A stretch of DNA of 64,000 bases from an uncultured bacterium (GTDB lineage: Bacteria; UBP4; UBA4092). Shown in pieces: positions 30,517 through 40,108 of this stretch; within the stretch, counting starts at the first letter, position 1, and each line of letters begins with the position of its first letter. The stretch covers positions 1 to 64,000 of the forward strand of contig CAZXWN010000008.1 of assembly GCA_964644695.1 (NCBI GenBank), in the 5' to 3' direction. A program made the position numbers and the translations under genes. Under the pieces are notes generated by a model, which made no database searches, was not told where the DNA came from, and was given only the letters and a program-made list of their open reading frames with translations.

Positions 30517-30822
30517 TTACAGTTTTGCCTTCACCTCATCATCAAGAACAACTGCTCTCAACTTTGTGGAGGATTCCCGTAGTGGTGCCAATTTCTGGTA
30601 TTCGTCACACCCAAAACAACCTTGCAAACACGACATATCGGGAAACTCAATCAATACCATCCGCAAAGGATTCCAGTCGCCCACCAAAGGAGTAATATTT
30701 CCACCTCGAGACAGGTATTTCCCTCCATGGCTTTCCACCAGAGACTTCACCTGCGCAACATATTCACCGTATCGTTCCCGATCCTTAACCTCAATTGCCT
30801 CGATAATCATATAAACCGACAT
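30517..30822 (-). CDS. DUF1330 family protein
   Basis: Y..Y...V...V..HGGKYLSRGG....GDW.P.RMVLIEFP; AGGAG RBS before ATG 30822. Confidence 0.85.
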   Translation of the reverse strand: MSVYMIIEAIEVKDRERYGEYVAQVKSLVESHGGKYLSRGGNITPLVGDWNPLRMVLIEFPDMSCLQGCFGCDEYQKLAPLRESSTKLRAVVLDDEVKAKL

Positions 30823-31002
30823 CAGATTACTCCTTCTGTGTATGAGAACCATTTGCTCATGTACTCGTAAGAATATATCATACGCTTCTGATGTTTAAGT
30901 ATTTATATATCAACATAATATGTATTTACATTTGGAGTATTTTATGTAAGATTATAAGCCGCACGGTAATTGATGTCAGGTCATTGAGGGGAGGTGTCAT
31001 TT

Positions 31003-31767
31003 ATGAAAAAAGTTTTTTTAGCAGTAACATGCTTTTGCTTTATGAGTGCTTTGTGTTTTGGTGTTACCATCACTCATAACACATTACGCGGGGGTCCAAC
31101 CTACAATACCTTGCCTTTTGAGTCTAACTGGAGTGATACAACTAAAATCAGTTCTGTGGATAATTGGAGTGCTGTAGCAGGCATCATCGGTCTCAGGGGA
31201 ACACTTCTCACTGATACCGTATCTCAAAGCACGCCAGTTCTGGGAATTGACCCTCAAACAATAGTCAAAACAACCCAGGCATATCCGGATGTCACACCCA
31301 ATTTAACTAATCTTGAAGATGGATCTTCTGGTGTGGGTGAATTTGAACTATCAGATCCTGTAGTCGCACTTCGGAGTGACAGTAATCATGACGCTCCCTA
31401 CCTGGTGTTTTACTTAAATACCTCAGGTGCCAGCTGGGTAAAACTCAGCTACACACTTCGAGATATCGACGATTCAGGTCGCGATACGATACAACCCATC
31501 GCCGTTCAATATAGAACCAGTACCACAAGTGATTTTATCAATATTCCGGCGGGTTACATCGCCGATATCACTACTGGTCCATATCTGACTCAAGATTACA
31601 ATACTTCTTTTGTGCTTCCTGCTGCATGCGCTAACCAGCCAAATCTTGAGATTCGCTTTATCACAGCCTATACCACCGAAAGTGATGATGAATGGGTAGG
31701 TATTGATAATTTCAAGATAGAGACAGTTTTAACGCCCGTAGAATTAAGCGATTTTAGTACGTTATAA
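31003..31767 (+). CDS. Secreted beta-rich protein (paralogue family A) with a PVELSxF tail
   Basis: GGAGG RBS, signal peptide, paralogous to 29717; similar terminator AACAGGC...GCCTGTT follows both genes. Confidence 0.8.
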   Translation: MKKVFLAVTCFCFMSALCFGVTITHNTLRGGPTYNTLPFESNWSDTTKISSVDNWSAVAGIIGLRGTLLTDTVSQSTPVLGIDPQTIVKTTQAYPDVTPNLTNLEDGSSGVGEFELSDPVVALRSDSNHDAPYLVFYLNTSGASWVKLSYTLRDIDDSGRDTIQPIAVQYRTSTTSDFINIPAGYIADITTGPYLTQDYNTSFVLPAACANQPNLEIRFITAYTTESDDEWVGIDNFKIETVLTPVELSDFSTL

Positions 31768-31861
31768 ACAATCATCCGCATCCAACAGGCTTAGGGATTT
31801 CCCCTGGCCTGTTGTTTTATTGAGTACAACCGCGACCTTTTCGCTATAATTTACCCATATC

Positions 31862-32452
31862 ATGAAAACAAAAACGGATACTCTCATACGACTTGTGTTT
31901 ACGGACCGGGATGGTGTCTTGAACCGAAATGTCCCCGGTGAATACAATAAATCCATCAAGGAATTCCGGTTATTGCCAGGCGTCAAAGAGGCACTCGGAC
32001 GACTCACTAAGGCGGGATATGAAATTCATGTCATTTCCAATCAGCAGGGTATTCCCAAAGGCCTGATGACCCTGGATGATTTAGAAGAAATGACTCGGGC
32101 ACTTCGAGACCGGATTGCTCCCTTCGGCGGAAAACTCAACTCCGTCAATTATTGTCTTCATCTGGAGGCAGACAAGTGTGGTTGTCGAAAACCACAGTCA
32201 GGACTGTTTCATCAAGCCATGAACGGACGGAAGATCGATTTCAGCCGAACATGGATGGTGGGAGATTCGTGGCGGGATATCCATGCTGGGCAGGTGGTGG
32301 GGTGCCGTACCATCTTTGTGAATAATCCCAAAGTCCCAACCGTTCCCGGCAAACCCACGACATTTACTGATGGAAAACGGGAATGGACTCCTGATTTTGT
32401 CGTCCGGAATTTTCCTCAGGCTGTTGATTTGATTTTGAAGTTGACCGTTTAA
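31862..32452 (+). CDS. gmhB: D-glycero-D-manno-heptose 1,7-bisphosphate phosphatase (HAD-IIIA)
   Basis: DRDGVLN, SNQQG, CLH...CGCRKP, MVGDS..D. Confidence 0.8.
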   Translation: MKTKTDTLIRLVFTDRDGVLNRNVPGEYNKSIKEFRLLPGVKEALGRLTKAGYEIHVISNQQGIPKGLMTLDDLEEMTRALRDRIAPFGGKLNSVNYCLHLEADKCGCRKPQSGLFHQAMNGRKIDFSRTWMVGDSWRDIHAGQVVGCRTIFVNNPKVPTVPGKPTTFTDGKREWTPDFVVRNFPQAVDLILKLTV

Positions 32453-32647
32453 CGCTTCTTTGAACAAAGAATATTAATAATCTAACTCAGTATTTTCAAT
32501 TAAATAAACATAAATCCATAACAGCGCTATTCTGCCACCTTCTTATTGCCTTGTATTTTAAGGATTATCCGTTTATTTCTGCTGATAAAACAATGTAACC
32601 AATATTTAACATAACAAGCTTGACACCATTTGCTATTATTGGATATA

Positions 32648-32740
32648 TTTGTTGAAAAGAACAGGCGGCTCCGAACTTTCGGAGTGCAGCTGGGCCAGAA
32701 TCATCAGGCAGCAGGTAAAAGCCCTGTGGGACTTACAAAA
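32648..32740 (+). ncRNA. NiCo (czcD) metal-sensing riboswitch
   Basis: GAACAGGC-[CTCCGAA/TTCGGAG stem]-TGCAGCTGGGCC...GGCAGCAG...CTGTGGGAC matches the conserved NiCo blocks as I recall them; lies upstream of a P-type ATPase. Confidence 0.85.
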
Positions 32741-32758
32741 AGCCCCATAGGGCTTTTT
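32717..32758 (+). terminator. Riboswitch expression-platform terminator
   Basis: AAAAGCCCTGTGGG pairs with CCCATAGGGCTTTT plus a T tract and overlaps the aptamer 3' strand. Confidence 0.75.
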
Positions 32759-32823
32759 ATATGCCGCACACAAGGTGTCTTTGGATTGTTTTCTCCAAGG
32801 AAGACCAATAGAGGAGATGACCC

Positions 32824-35406
32824 ATGAGAAATCTTTTTAATGTCCAAGAACTGAAAGGCCTGACACAGGCCGAAGCCACTCAGAAGCTCCAGGAGGATGG
32901 TCCGAACGAGCTTCCCTCTGCAAAACCTCGAAGTATCTTTGCCATTGCATTTGAAGTGATCCGTGAACCCATGTTTTTATTGCTGATTGCCGGCGGTGGG
33001 ATCTATCTTCTTCTGGGGGATATTCAGGAAGCCATTCTGCTTTTAGCTTTTGTATTCGTTGTCATCGGAATCACACTTCAACAGGAACGCAAAACTGAAA
33101 ATGCACTCCAGGCCTTGAGGGATTTATCCAGTCCTCGCGCTCATGTTATCCGAGACGGTGAAGAGACCGTGATACCTGGTCGGGATGTTGTCCGTGGAGA
33201 TTTGGTGATTATTGCTGAAGGTGACAGAATCCCGGCAGATGGCGTCATCTTGTCCTCAGTCAACATTTCTGTGGATGAGTCACTGTTGACAGGTGAATCT
33301 GTCCCTGTCCGAAAAAGCAACTGGAACGGTAAAACGATAAATCACCGCCCGGGGGGTGATGACGAACCCTCCGTATATTCGGGGTCCATGGTTGTCCAGG
33401 GACAAGGGGTCATGTTGGTTCAAAAAACAGGTTCTTTTACCGAAATAGGTAAGATTGGGACTTCTCTCCGAATCATTGAGACCGAGAAAACCTCTTTGGA
33501 AAAACAAACAGCACGCCTGGTTAAAAATATTGCAATTGCCGGAGGCATCCTCAGTGGATTGGTTGTTTTGGCTTATGGCCTCACCCGCGGAAACTGGCTG
33601 GATGGCATTCTGGCTGGAATCGCGTTAGCAATGGCCATGTTACCGGAGGAATTCCCTGTTGTTTTGACCATCTTTCTGGCTCTGGGTGCGTGGCGTATTT
33701 CCCAAAAGAGAGTCCTGGCACGGAGAATGCCTGCCGTAGAGATACTCGGTTCGGCGACAGTCTTATGTGTCGACAAAACAGGAACACTGACTCAAAATCA
33801 AATGACGGTAGTCGAGCTGGATGCCCAAGACAAACCATACTCCATATCCTCAAATAAAGACAAACCTCTCCCGGAAGATTATCATGCACTGGTGGAATAC
33901 AGTATCCTGGCCAGTCAACGCGATCCTTTTGACCCAATGGAAAAAGCCTTTCACAATCTGGGATTGACCTATCTGGCAAACACTGAACATCTGCACGGAG
34001 ACTGGACTCTCGTACATCAATATCCTTTGTCTCGCGAACTATTAGCCATGTCTCATGTCTGGAAATCCCCTTCTGGAGAAAATTATGTCATTGCCGCCAA
34101 AGGGGCACCCGAGGCTATTGCAGATTTATGCCACTTTAATGAAACACAGTTGGAAGACCTGTCCAAAAATATTATCGTTATGGCACAAAAAGGATTACGC
34201 GTTCTGGGTATTGCACGGGCCGTCTTTACGAAAAACCAAAACCTGCCAGCCGGCCATCATGATTTCAACTTTGAATTTATCGGCCTGGTCGGATTAGAGG
34301 ATCCGATTCGCCCCACGGTCCCGGCGGCCGTCAAGGAATGCCATGACGCTGGAATCCGAGTTGTCATGATTACGGGAGATTATCCGGTTACGGCTCAGAA
34401 TATTGGACGACAAATTAGTATCAGACATCCAGAAAATGTGATTACCGGAGATGAACTTAATAATATGACGGATGGTGAGCTGGCCAAGCAAATCAATTCC
34501 GTGAATATTTTCGCCCGGGTCGTTCCTGAACAAAAGTTACGACTGGTGCAGGCTTTTAAAGCCAATGGCGAGATTGCCGCTATGACTGGAGATGGTGTAA
34601 ACGACGCCCCCGCCCTTAAAGCATCTGATATTGGTGTGGCTATGGGAGGACGTGGAACGGATGTCGCCCGTGAAGCAGCAGGACTTGTTTTATTAGATGA
34701 TGACTTTTCATCCATTGTCAGTTCCGTCCGACTCGGGAGACGCATCTTCGATAATCTCCAGAAAGCCATGTCTTATATTTTTGCCATTCATGTACCCATT
34801 GCCGGCTTGTCACTTATCCCGGTTGCTTTGGGTTGGCCCTTGTTATTAATGCCAGTTCATATTGTTTTTATGGAACTCATTATCGACCCTGCCTGCTCTA
34901 CGGTGTTTGAGGCTGAGCCCGCTGAGGCCGATGTCATGCAACGCCCTCCACGAGATCCAAAAGAATCCATTTTCAATTGGAAAGCAATTACTTTAAGCAT
35001 GTTCCAGGGATTAGGTATTCTCCTGATGTGTTTAGGGGTATTCCTGACAGCAGACAGGTTGGGATTGTCTGTAAAAGAAGCCCGAACGATGGCATTTACT
35101 ACCCTAATCATCGCCAATGTCTCCCTGATTCTAACCAATGTTTCCTGGACACGGAGTCTTCTGGCAACCCTCTGTTCAAAAAATACAGCACAATGGTGGG
35201 TCGTCAGTGGCGCGCTTCTCTTCTTAGGATTGGTCCTGTATGTTCCATTTCTAAGTAACCTCTTCCAGTTCCAGCATCTGAGTCTGCTGGATTTGGGGAT
35301 ATGTTTGTTGGCGGGCCTGTCCAGTGTTGCCTGGTTTGAAATTATCAAACTTTTCAAAAAAAACAAACAATTCATAAATAACCCACCAACAAATATTGAA
35401 CAGTAA
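32824..35406 (+). CDS. Cation-translocating P-type ATPase (P2-like, PEEFP variant)
   Basis: TGES, PEEFP, DKTGT, KGAPE, MITGD, GDGVNDAPAL. Confidence 0.95.
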   Translation: MRNLFNVQELKGLTQAEATQKLQEDGPNELPSAKPRSIFAIAFEVIREPMFLLLIAGGGIYLLLGDIQEAILLLAFVFVVIGITLQQERKTENALQALRDLSSPRAHVIRDGEETVIPGRDVVRGDLVIIAEGDRIPADGVILSSVNISVDESLLTGESVPVRKSNWNGKTINHRPGGDDEPSVYSGSMVVQGQGVMLVQKTGSFTEIGKIGTSLRIIETEKTSLEKQTARLVKNIAIAGGILSGLVVLAYGLTRGNWLDGILAGIALAMAMLPEEFPVVLTIFLALGAWRISQKRVLARRMPAVEILGSATVLCVDKTGTLTQNQMTVVELDAQDKPYSISSNKDKPLPEDYHALVEYSILASQRDPFDPMEKAFHNLGLTYLANTEHLHGDWTLVHQYPLSRELLAMSHVWKSPSGENYVIAAKGAPEAIADLCHFNETQLEDLSKNIIVMAQKGLRVLGIARAVFTKNQNLPAGHHDFNFEFIGLVGLEDPIRPTVPAAVKECHDAGIRVVMITGDYPVTAQNIGRQISIRHPENVITGDELNNMTDGELAKQINSVNIFARVVPEQKLRLVQAFKANGEIAAMTGDGVNDAPALKASDIGVAMGGRGTDVAREAAGLVLLDDDFSSIVSSVRLGRRIFDNLQKAMSYIFAIHVPIAGLSLIPVALGWPLLLMPVHIVFMELIIDPACSTVFEAEPAEADVMQRPPRDPKESIFNWKAITLSMFQGLGILLMCLGVFLTADRLGLSVKEARTMAFTTLIIANVSLILTNVSWTRSLLATLCSKNTAQWWVVSGALLFLGLVLYVPFLSNLFQFQHLSLLDLGICLLAGLSSVAWFEIIKLFKKNKQFINNPPTNIEQ

Positions 35407-35427
35407 AAATCAAACAGGATATTTTTT

Positions 35428-36372
35428 ATGCATTTGCCGAAACATATAAAGAAGATTTTAAAATGGGGGGGCTTGGGTTGTGCCCTTATTACAGGGCTCT
35501 TTCTGTTAATAACAGGATTCTTGTTTCTCAAATCAGTTCCCAATACTTATCAATGGGTCAACCGGACAACACAAGACCTGTGGGCTATGCTTCCAAAAGA
35601 TATAATCTCTGCACAACTTCCTGGAAATTTGACTATTCCACCTATCCTTCAAGGATTCTTGAAACTTCCACCTAAAGATCAAATTGCACTGGGGAAAGAA
35701 ATCTCAGCCCAGGAAGGACTGGATGCTAATACCTATACTGCAACCCATTTAAAAACCATTTCAGTTAAGATGATCAAATCACTCCCTGAGAAATATAAAG
35801 GACCTGTAGAACTGGGTGGGTGGGACTGGCAAGTCAATGCTACAAAGAGTAAATCTGGAGAAATTAATGCCATTGCCCTTCCGGGTGGAAGAATCTATGT
35901 CTATGATGGACTTCTAAAACTGACCAACAACAATCCTGATCAATTGGCAGCTATTATTGGACATGAAATGGCTCATGTTGTCGAAGAACACTCTGCTAAA
36001 CAAATGCGAAATTCTGGATTATTACAAAAAACCGTAGAATCACTTTTGCAAAGTTCAAATGCTGAAGGTGAAGGTGAAGTACCCCAGCAGACTATCCTCA
36101 AAACAGCAGCAGCTCAGATGGGAAAACAAATCACTGAGATGCAACTGTCTCAATCGGCTGAATACCAGGCTGATGAATTGGGTTTTCAATTCATGCAAGC
36201 AGCAGGATACAACCCTGCTAAAGGATTGGAAGTATTAGAAAAACTGGCAAAAATGGACTCGCAAAAAAATAGTTTATTAACGGGTGTGTTCAGCACTCAT
36301 CCGCCGACAATAAATAGAATTGAACGATTAAGGAAACATTTTGATACTCAGTCTCGTCTAAATCTGAAATAG
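35428..36372 (+). CDS. M48 family metallopeptidase
   Basis: NAIALPGG, HEMAH, EYQADE, STHP. Confidence 0.9.
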   Translation: MHLPKHIKKILKWGGLGCALITGLFLLITGFLFLKSVPNTYQWVNRTTQDLWAMLPKDIISAQLPGNLTIPPILQGFLKLPPKDQIALGKEISAQEGLDANTYTATHLKTISVKMIKSLPEKYKGPVELGGWDWQVNATKSKSGEINAIALPGGRIYVYDGLLKLTNNNPDQLAAIIGHEMAHVVEEHSAKQMRNSGLLQKTVESLLQSSNAEGEGEVPQQTILKTAAAQMGKQITEMQLSQSAEYQADELGFQFMQAAGYNPAKGLEVLEKLAKMDSQKNSLLTGVFSTHPPTINRIERLRKHFDTQSRLNLK

Positions 36373-36396
36373 GATTGTTATAGGAGAGAATATATC

Positions 36397-36879
36397 ATGA
36401 ACAAAAAGAAGATTAATCAGATTGTAGATTACTGCGGAATTATTACAAGCTCACTGGTCATTGGAACGGGGATTGTTCTGGGTCTGAAAAAGACGTTTGG
36501 TATTTCCATATTCCCATCGGCCAACTTCAGAGACATTAAAGAAGCTCATGAACTGGGAATGGTACTGTTTATATTAACGGTTATCATACACCTTGGCTTC
36601 CACTGGGCTCAGATAAAAGCTCTCTTCAAACAATACCTGGCATATCCCGTGAAACTGTTAAGTGATTACAGTTTATTAATTGCGGCGATTATTCTGGTCT
36701 TTGTCGGATTGAGCATGATACCGGAGGGCGGACCTAGAAGAGAAGTGCAGGAAATGGTGCAGGCCGTCAGAAAATCAGACGGTATTGGATTGTATATCCA
36801 TTATGCAGGCGGTCTGTTACTGTTGTCCGGTCTGCTCTATCATGTGATCCACCGGCGAAAACTTTTATTTAATAAGTAA
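36397..36879 (+). CDS. 4-TM membrane protein with paired His residues (DUF4405/cytochrome b-like)
   Basis: Two repeats of TM-H...H-TM. Confidence 0.6.
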   Translation: MNKKKINQIVDYCGIITSSLVIGTGIVLGLKKTFGISIFPSANFRDIKEAHELGMVLFILTVIIHLGFHWAQIKALFKQYLAYPVKLLSDYSLLIAAIILVFVGLSMIPEGGPRREVQEMVQAVRKSDGIGLYIHYAGGLLLLSGLLYHVIHRRKLLFNK

Positions 36880-36914
36880 TATTCATGTAACTATTTTATT
36901 AGGAGGATGACAAA

Positions 36915-37253
36915 ATGAAATGCCCAGTATGTGATGGACAGCTTCGTGCTGTCGATAAGTATGGAGTCGAAATTGATATATGCCCGGATTGTAAAGGAGT
37001 ATGGCTGGATCGGGGTGAATTAGAAAAGATTCTGTCAATGGCTGAGAAACAGGATACTGGTTATAGTACCCACCCTGCAGCTCCACAACAGACTAAAGAT
37101 GACTTCCGGGTAAAGACTCCCCAGCATTATGACCATGATGATGACCATGATCGGCATGGTTACAATAAAGATTACAAACACGACCATGACCATGATGACA
37201 GATATGGACACAAAAAACGAAAAGGTTCATGGTTATCGGATTTGTTTGATTAG
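36915..37253 (+). CDS. zf-TFIIB-type zinc ribbon protein with a His/Asp-rich tail
   Basis: MKCPVC...IDICPDCKGVWLDRGELEK; HYDHDDDHDRH...HDHDHDD. Confidence 0.85.
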   Translation: MKCPVCDGQLRAVDKYGVEIDICPDCKGVWLDRGELEKILSMAEKQDTGYSTHPAAPQQTKDDFRVKTPQHYDHDDDHDRHGYNKDYKHDHDHDDRYGHKKRKGSWLSDLFD

Positions 37254-37278
37254 TCCAGAAAAAACATCTTTCAGTAAT

Positions 37279-37313
37279 AAAAAAACCACACTTCAAATGA
37301 GTGTGGTTTTTTT
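37279..37313. terminator. Bidirectional terminator between convergent genes
   Basis: A7-CCACACT...AGTGTGG-T7. Confidence 0.8.
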
Positions 37314-37317
37314 ATAT

Positions 37318-38352
37318 TCAGGGTTTGGAGGGTGGGGGCATCGGATGCCCTGTGATAATGTTCAGGGGTTCACTCTGAATTTCATCAAGATATACCGGGG
37401 GATGATTAAATACTGGATGGGATTTCTCCAAAGGTGTCCCCGTGATCATCCCATGAATAAACCCATTCTTCGGGCCTACCAATACCGTGTGTAAGATTTT
37501 CAAATCGGGATTATGCAGGAGTATCAAATCAACCTGACCCCTAGAATCCTGATACTGATTCATTACGGTGGAAGTCGTAAGTGATAATGCCATTGGTCCC
37601 TGAAGATACCGGGCCAGATTCTCTGTCTTTCGCCAGGTTCCACCCGTGGGAGACACAATATTTTTGCCGTCTAACTTAACATCCCGGTCATCATAAGAAA
37701 TCACACTCAGAGTATGTTTTGGATTTGATTTCAACCATTGGACCAGACGAGTCCCATGACCTTCATCGGTGTAATTATAAATAGCATCCAGAAAAATGAG
37801 CCGGGAGATTTTAGAAGGAATTTCAGGAAAAGATTCCAGGTAACGAAGGATAGCACCTCCCCCGCCGGAGTGAGCTGCAAGCACCCATTCTTTTGTGGGA
37901 CAGGGGACCGCCGCCGCGGTCTCATCCAATATCCGGGGAAGAATCTTAATATAATCAGGATGGTTGGCAGCCCAGGTCGGCCAGGACCGTTTATTGGCTT
38001 CCATATAAGCAATCACCAGATTTTCTCTGGGAAACATCTTTCGAACCACTCGGGTCTGTGCTGCAATATGTTGAATATCATAATGCCAGTCCAGGCCGGT
38101 GGTCATTCTCGAACCTGCGGTCATTTCGATGGAGTTTCCATTCGGCAGGAAAAAGAACACCAATCGGGTCGGTTTAACTTTGGAGACTTTCGGGGGCAGG
38201 ACAATGACCGAACGGACTTCCGGTTCCAACCGGATGACCCGGACTTTTTCCTGGGTCCCGGGAAATTCCTGATAACCCTCTGGCAATTTACCAGATACTG
38301 TCGTCCACATACAGGCAATCATACCAGACAAGATAAGTATTTGTTTCAACAT
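37318..38352 (-). CDS. Secreted alpha/beta hydrolase-like protein
   Basis: Signal peptide; AHSGGG nucleophile motif; FLDA. Confidence 0.65.
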   Translation of the reverse strand: MLKQILILSGMIACMWTTVSGKLPEGYQEFPGTQEKVRVIRLEPEVRSVIVLPPKVSKVKPTRLVFFFLPNGNSIEMTAGSRMTTGLDWHYDIQHIAAQTRVVRKMFPRENLVIAYMEANKRSWPTWAANHPDYIKILPRILDETAAAVPCPTKEWVLAAHSGGGGAILRYLESFPEIPSKISRLIFLDAIYNYTDEGHGTRLVQWLKSNPKHTLSVISYDDRDVKLDGKNIVSPTGGTWRKTENLARYLQGPMALSLTTSTVMNQYQDSRGQVDLILLHNPDLKILHTVLVGPKNGFIHGMITGTPLEKSHPVFNHPPVYLDEIQSEPLNIITGHPMPPPSKP

Positions 38353-38943
38353 TTAAGGGATTTCCACCTTTTGATTTCCTTGAACAACCTTCCAGAATAA
38401 CAAACCCATAACGACCTTAACTACGATGCCCGTCCCAGAGGATAAATACATAAATATCTTCCCGGACAATATCGGTTCCAATAAGCCTGACACCCCGAAA
38501 ACCATCAGCACCACCCCAAATATCTTGCGGTATCCATACAAATCAGAAGAGATAGTGATGGTCTGATATCCCAGTACATAATATCCCATCGCGGCAGTAA
38601 AAAAAAGAAGTTCCATAATACGGTCAATATTGATTCCAAATATCATTCCCGGCCGGGGTAAAACCTGAACAAAACTCATCAGGACCAAGACAAAGAGCAA
38701 CACCGTAATGGTAGGATTCATTTGTTTAACGGAAGCACGGGAAACCAGAAGTTCTCTGTATTTCGAAAGAGGATAATAGGTAAGCACCAGTTGCAGAATA
38801 GAAAGACCTGCCGTCAAAGGCAACACCTGCCAGACATCCTGTTTCCCCAACCATAACTGGGCCCAGATAAAGACAGGTGTTAAAAAGGCAGATAACAGAC
38901 ATAAAAGTCCTGCCAGTTTGAATTGTCTTCGTTGCGTCAACAT
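38353..38943 (-). CDS. Multi-pass membrane protein
   Basis: About 6 hydrophobic segments; abuts the downstream gene. Confidence 0.7.
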   Translation of the reverse strand: MLTQRRQFKLAGLLCLLSAFLTPVFIWAQLWLGKQDVWQVLPLTAGLSILQLVLTYYPLSKYRELLVSRASVKQMNPTITVLLFVLVLMSFVQVLPRPGMIFGINIDRIMELLFFTAAMGYYVLGYQTITISSDLYGYRKIFGVVLMVFGVSGLLEPILSGKIFMYLSSGTGIVVKVVMGLLFWKVVQGNQKVEIP

Positions 38944-39170
38944 ATCACCTGGATCTCTACTCCCTTACCAATATCTCACAAACCCAATTTTGTGGTTTTC
39001 CTGATATATCCAATTATTCTGGACTCTCTACATCGGACTTCCATTATACCCATTTAGATTTACCGCTTGATTATAACAAACACTGGATGGATTTCTCATC
39101 CTGCCTAAATTAAATAAAAACCGGTCAGGCAGAAAACTGCCCGACCGGTTGTAATAACTTTATTTAAAGA

Positions 39171-39887
39171 TTATTTAGTGTAAATTTCCCATTCACGGAC
39201 AGCGCTTGTCACGGCAGTAACACTAATGTCATCAACACCAACCCATTCATCACTACCAGTAACATTGGTTGTCATGATTCTTAACTGGACTTGTGCTTGA
39301 TTACAACAGGCAGCCGGTAAATATACGGAAACGGTGGTGCTCATGGTCAGGCTCGGACCGGCAGAGGCATCGGCAATATAGGCTTCCGGAATATTGGTAA
39401 AATCACCGGTTTCACCAACGCGATATTGTAATGCTACCCACTGGGCGGCATTGTCAGCAGTATCATCAATGTCTCTTAATGTATAGTCCACTTTCACGGA
39501 AGAAATACCGGTCGTATTCAGGTGAATCAGCAGGAATGGAGAATCTGCCGTTCCAGAACCTTGAAATGCTACGACAGGGTCAGTAAGTTCAAATTCAGCG
39601 ACGCCGCCAGAAGTAAAAGCAGTGCTTACTTGTGGAAAGTTCGCATATACCTGTACAGATGTTTCTAATGAAAGAAGACATGACACTGGACTGTAATTTG
39701 TTGCTTGTGCACCATTATCACCTCTGTGTCCAATAATACCCGGAACAGCTGACCAGTCATTGGCTGTTGTAATCAAACTAACATCAGACCAGTTCTGTGA
39801 AAATGGCAGGGTTTGATAGGTGGAATTTGCAAACACTGATGTGGTAAGAACTAAAAGTGCCAGAACAGATACTATCATCTTTTTCAC
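39171..39887 (-). CDS. Secreted beta-rich protein (paralogue family A) with a WxxY tail
   Basis: GTG start at 39887 after GGAG; signal peptide nearly identical to 40876; ends SAVREWEIYTK. Confidence 0.8.
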   Translation of the reverse strand: MKKMIVSVLALLVLTTSVFANSTYQTLPFSQNWSDVSLITTANDWSAVPGIIGHRGDNGAQATNYSPVSCLLSLETSVQVYANFPQVSTAFTSGGVAEFELTDPVVAFQGSGTADSPFLLIHLNTTGISSVKVDYTLRDIDDTADNAAQWVALQYRVGETGDFTNIPEAYIADASAGPSLTMSTTVSVYLPAACCNQAQVQLRIMTTNVTGSDEWVGVDDISVTAVTSAVREWEIYTK

Positions 39888-40108
39888 GATATGTTTCTCC
39901 TTTTTTTTATTTACTGTGATTATAGATGAATTCCAGATTTTCGCAAGGAAAAAATATTGGGCTTTTAATATAGCTGTTTGGCAAGGGGTAACCCATTTAG
40001 AATGAGGCATGTACGATAACACACTTAAGATAAGTGTCGGAATATAAAAACCGGTCAGGCAGTTTCCTACCTGACCGGTTGTAATATCTTCAACTAACGA
40101 ATAATTAA

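Noticed and set aside
32630-32827. 65-aa ORF upstream of the P-type ATPase
   Set aside because: It overlaps the riboswitch and terminator and has no coding features.
37125-37205. GACCAT/GATGAC short tandem repeats
   Set aside because: Explained by His/Asp codons of the zinc-ribbon protein tail.
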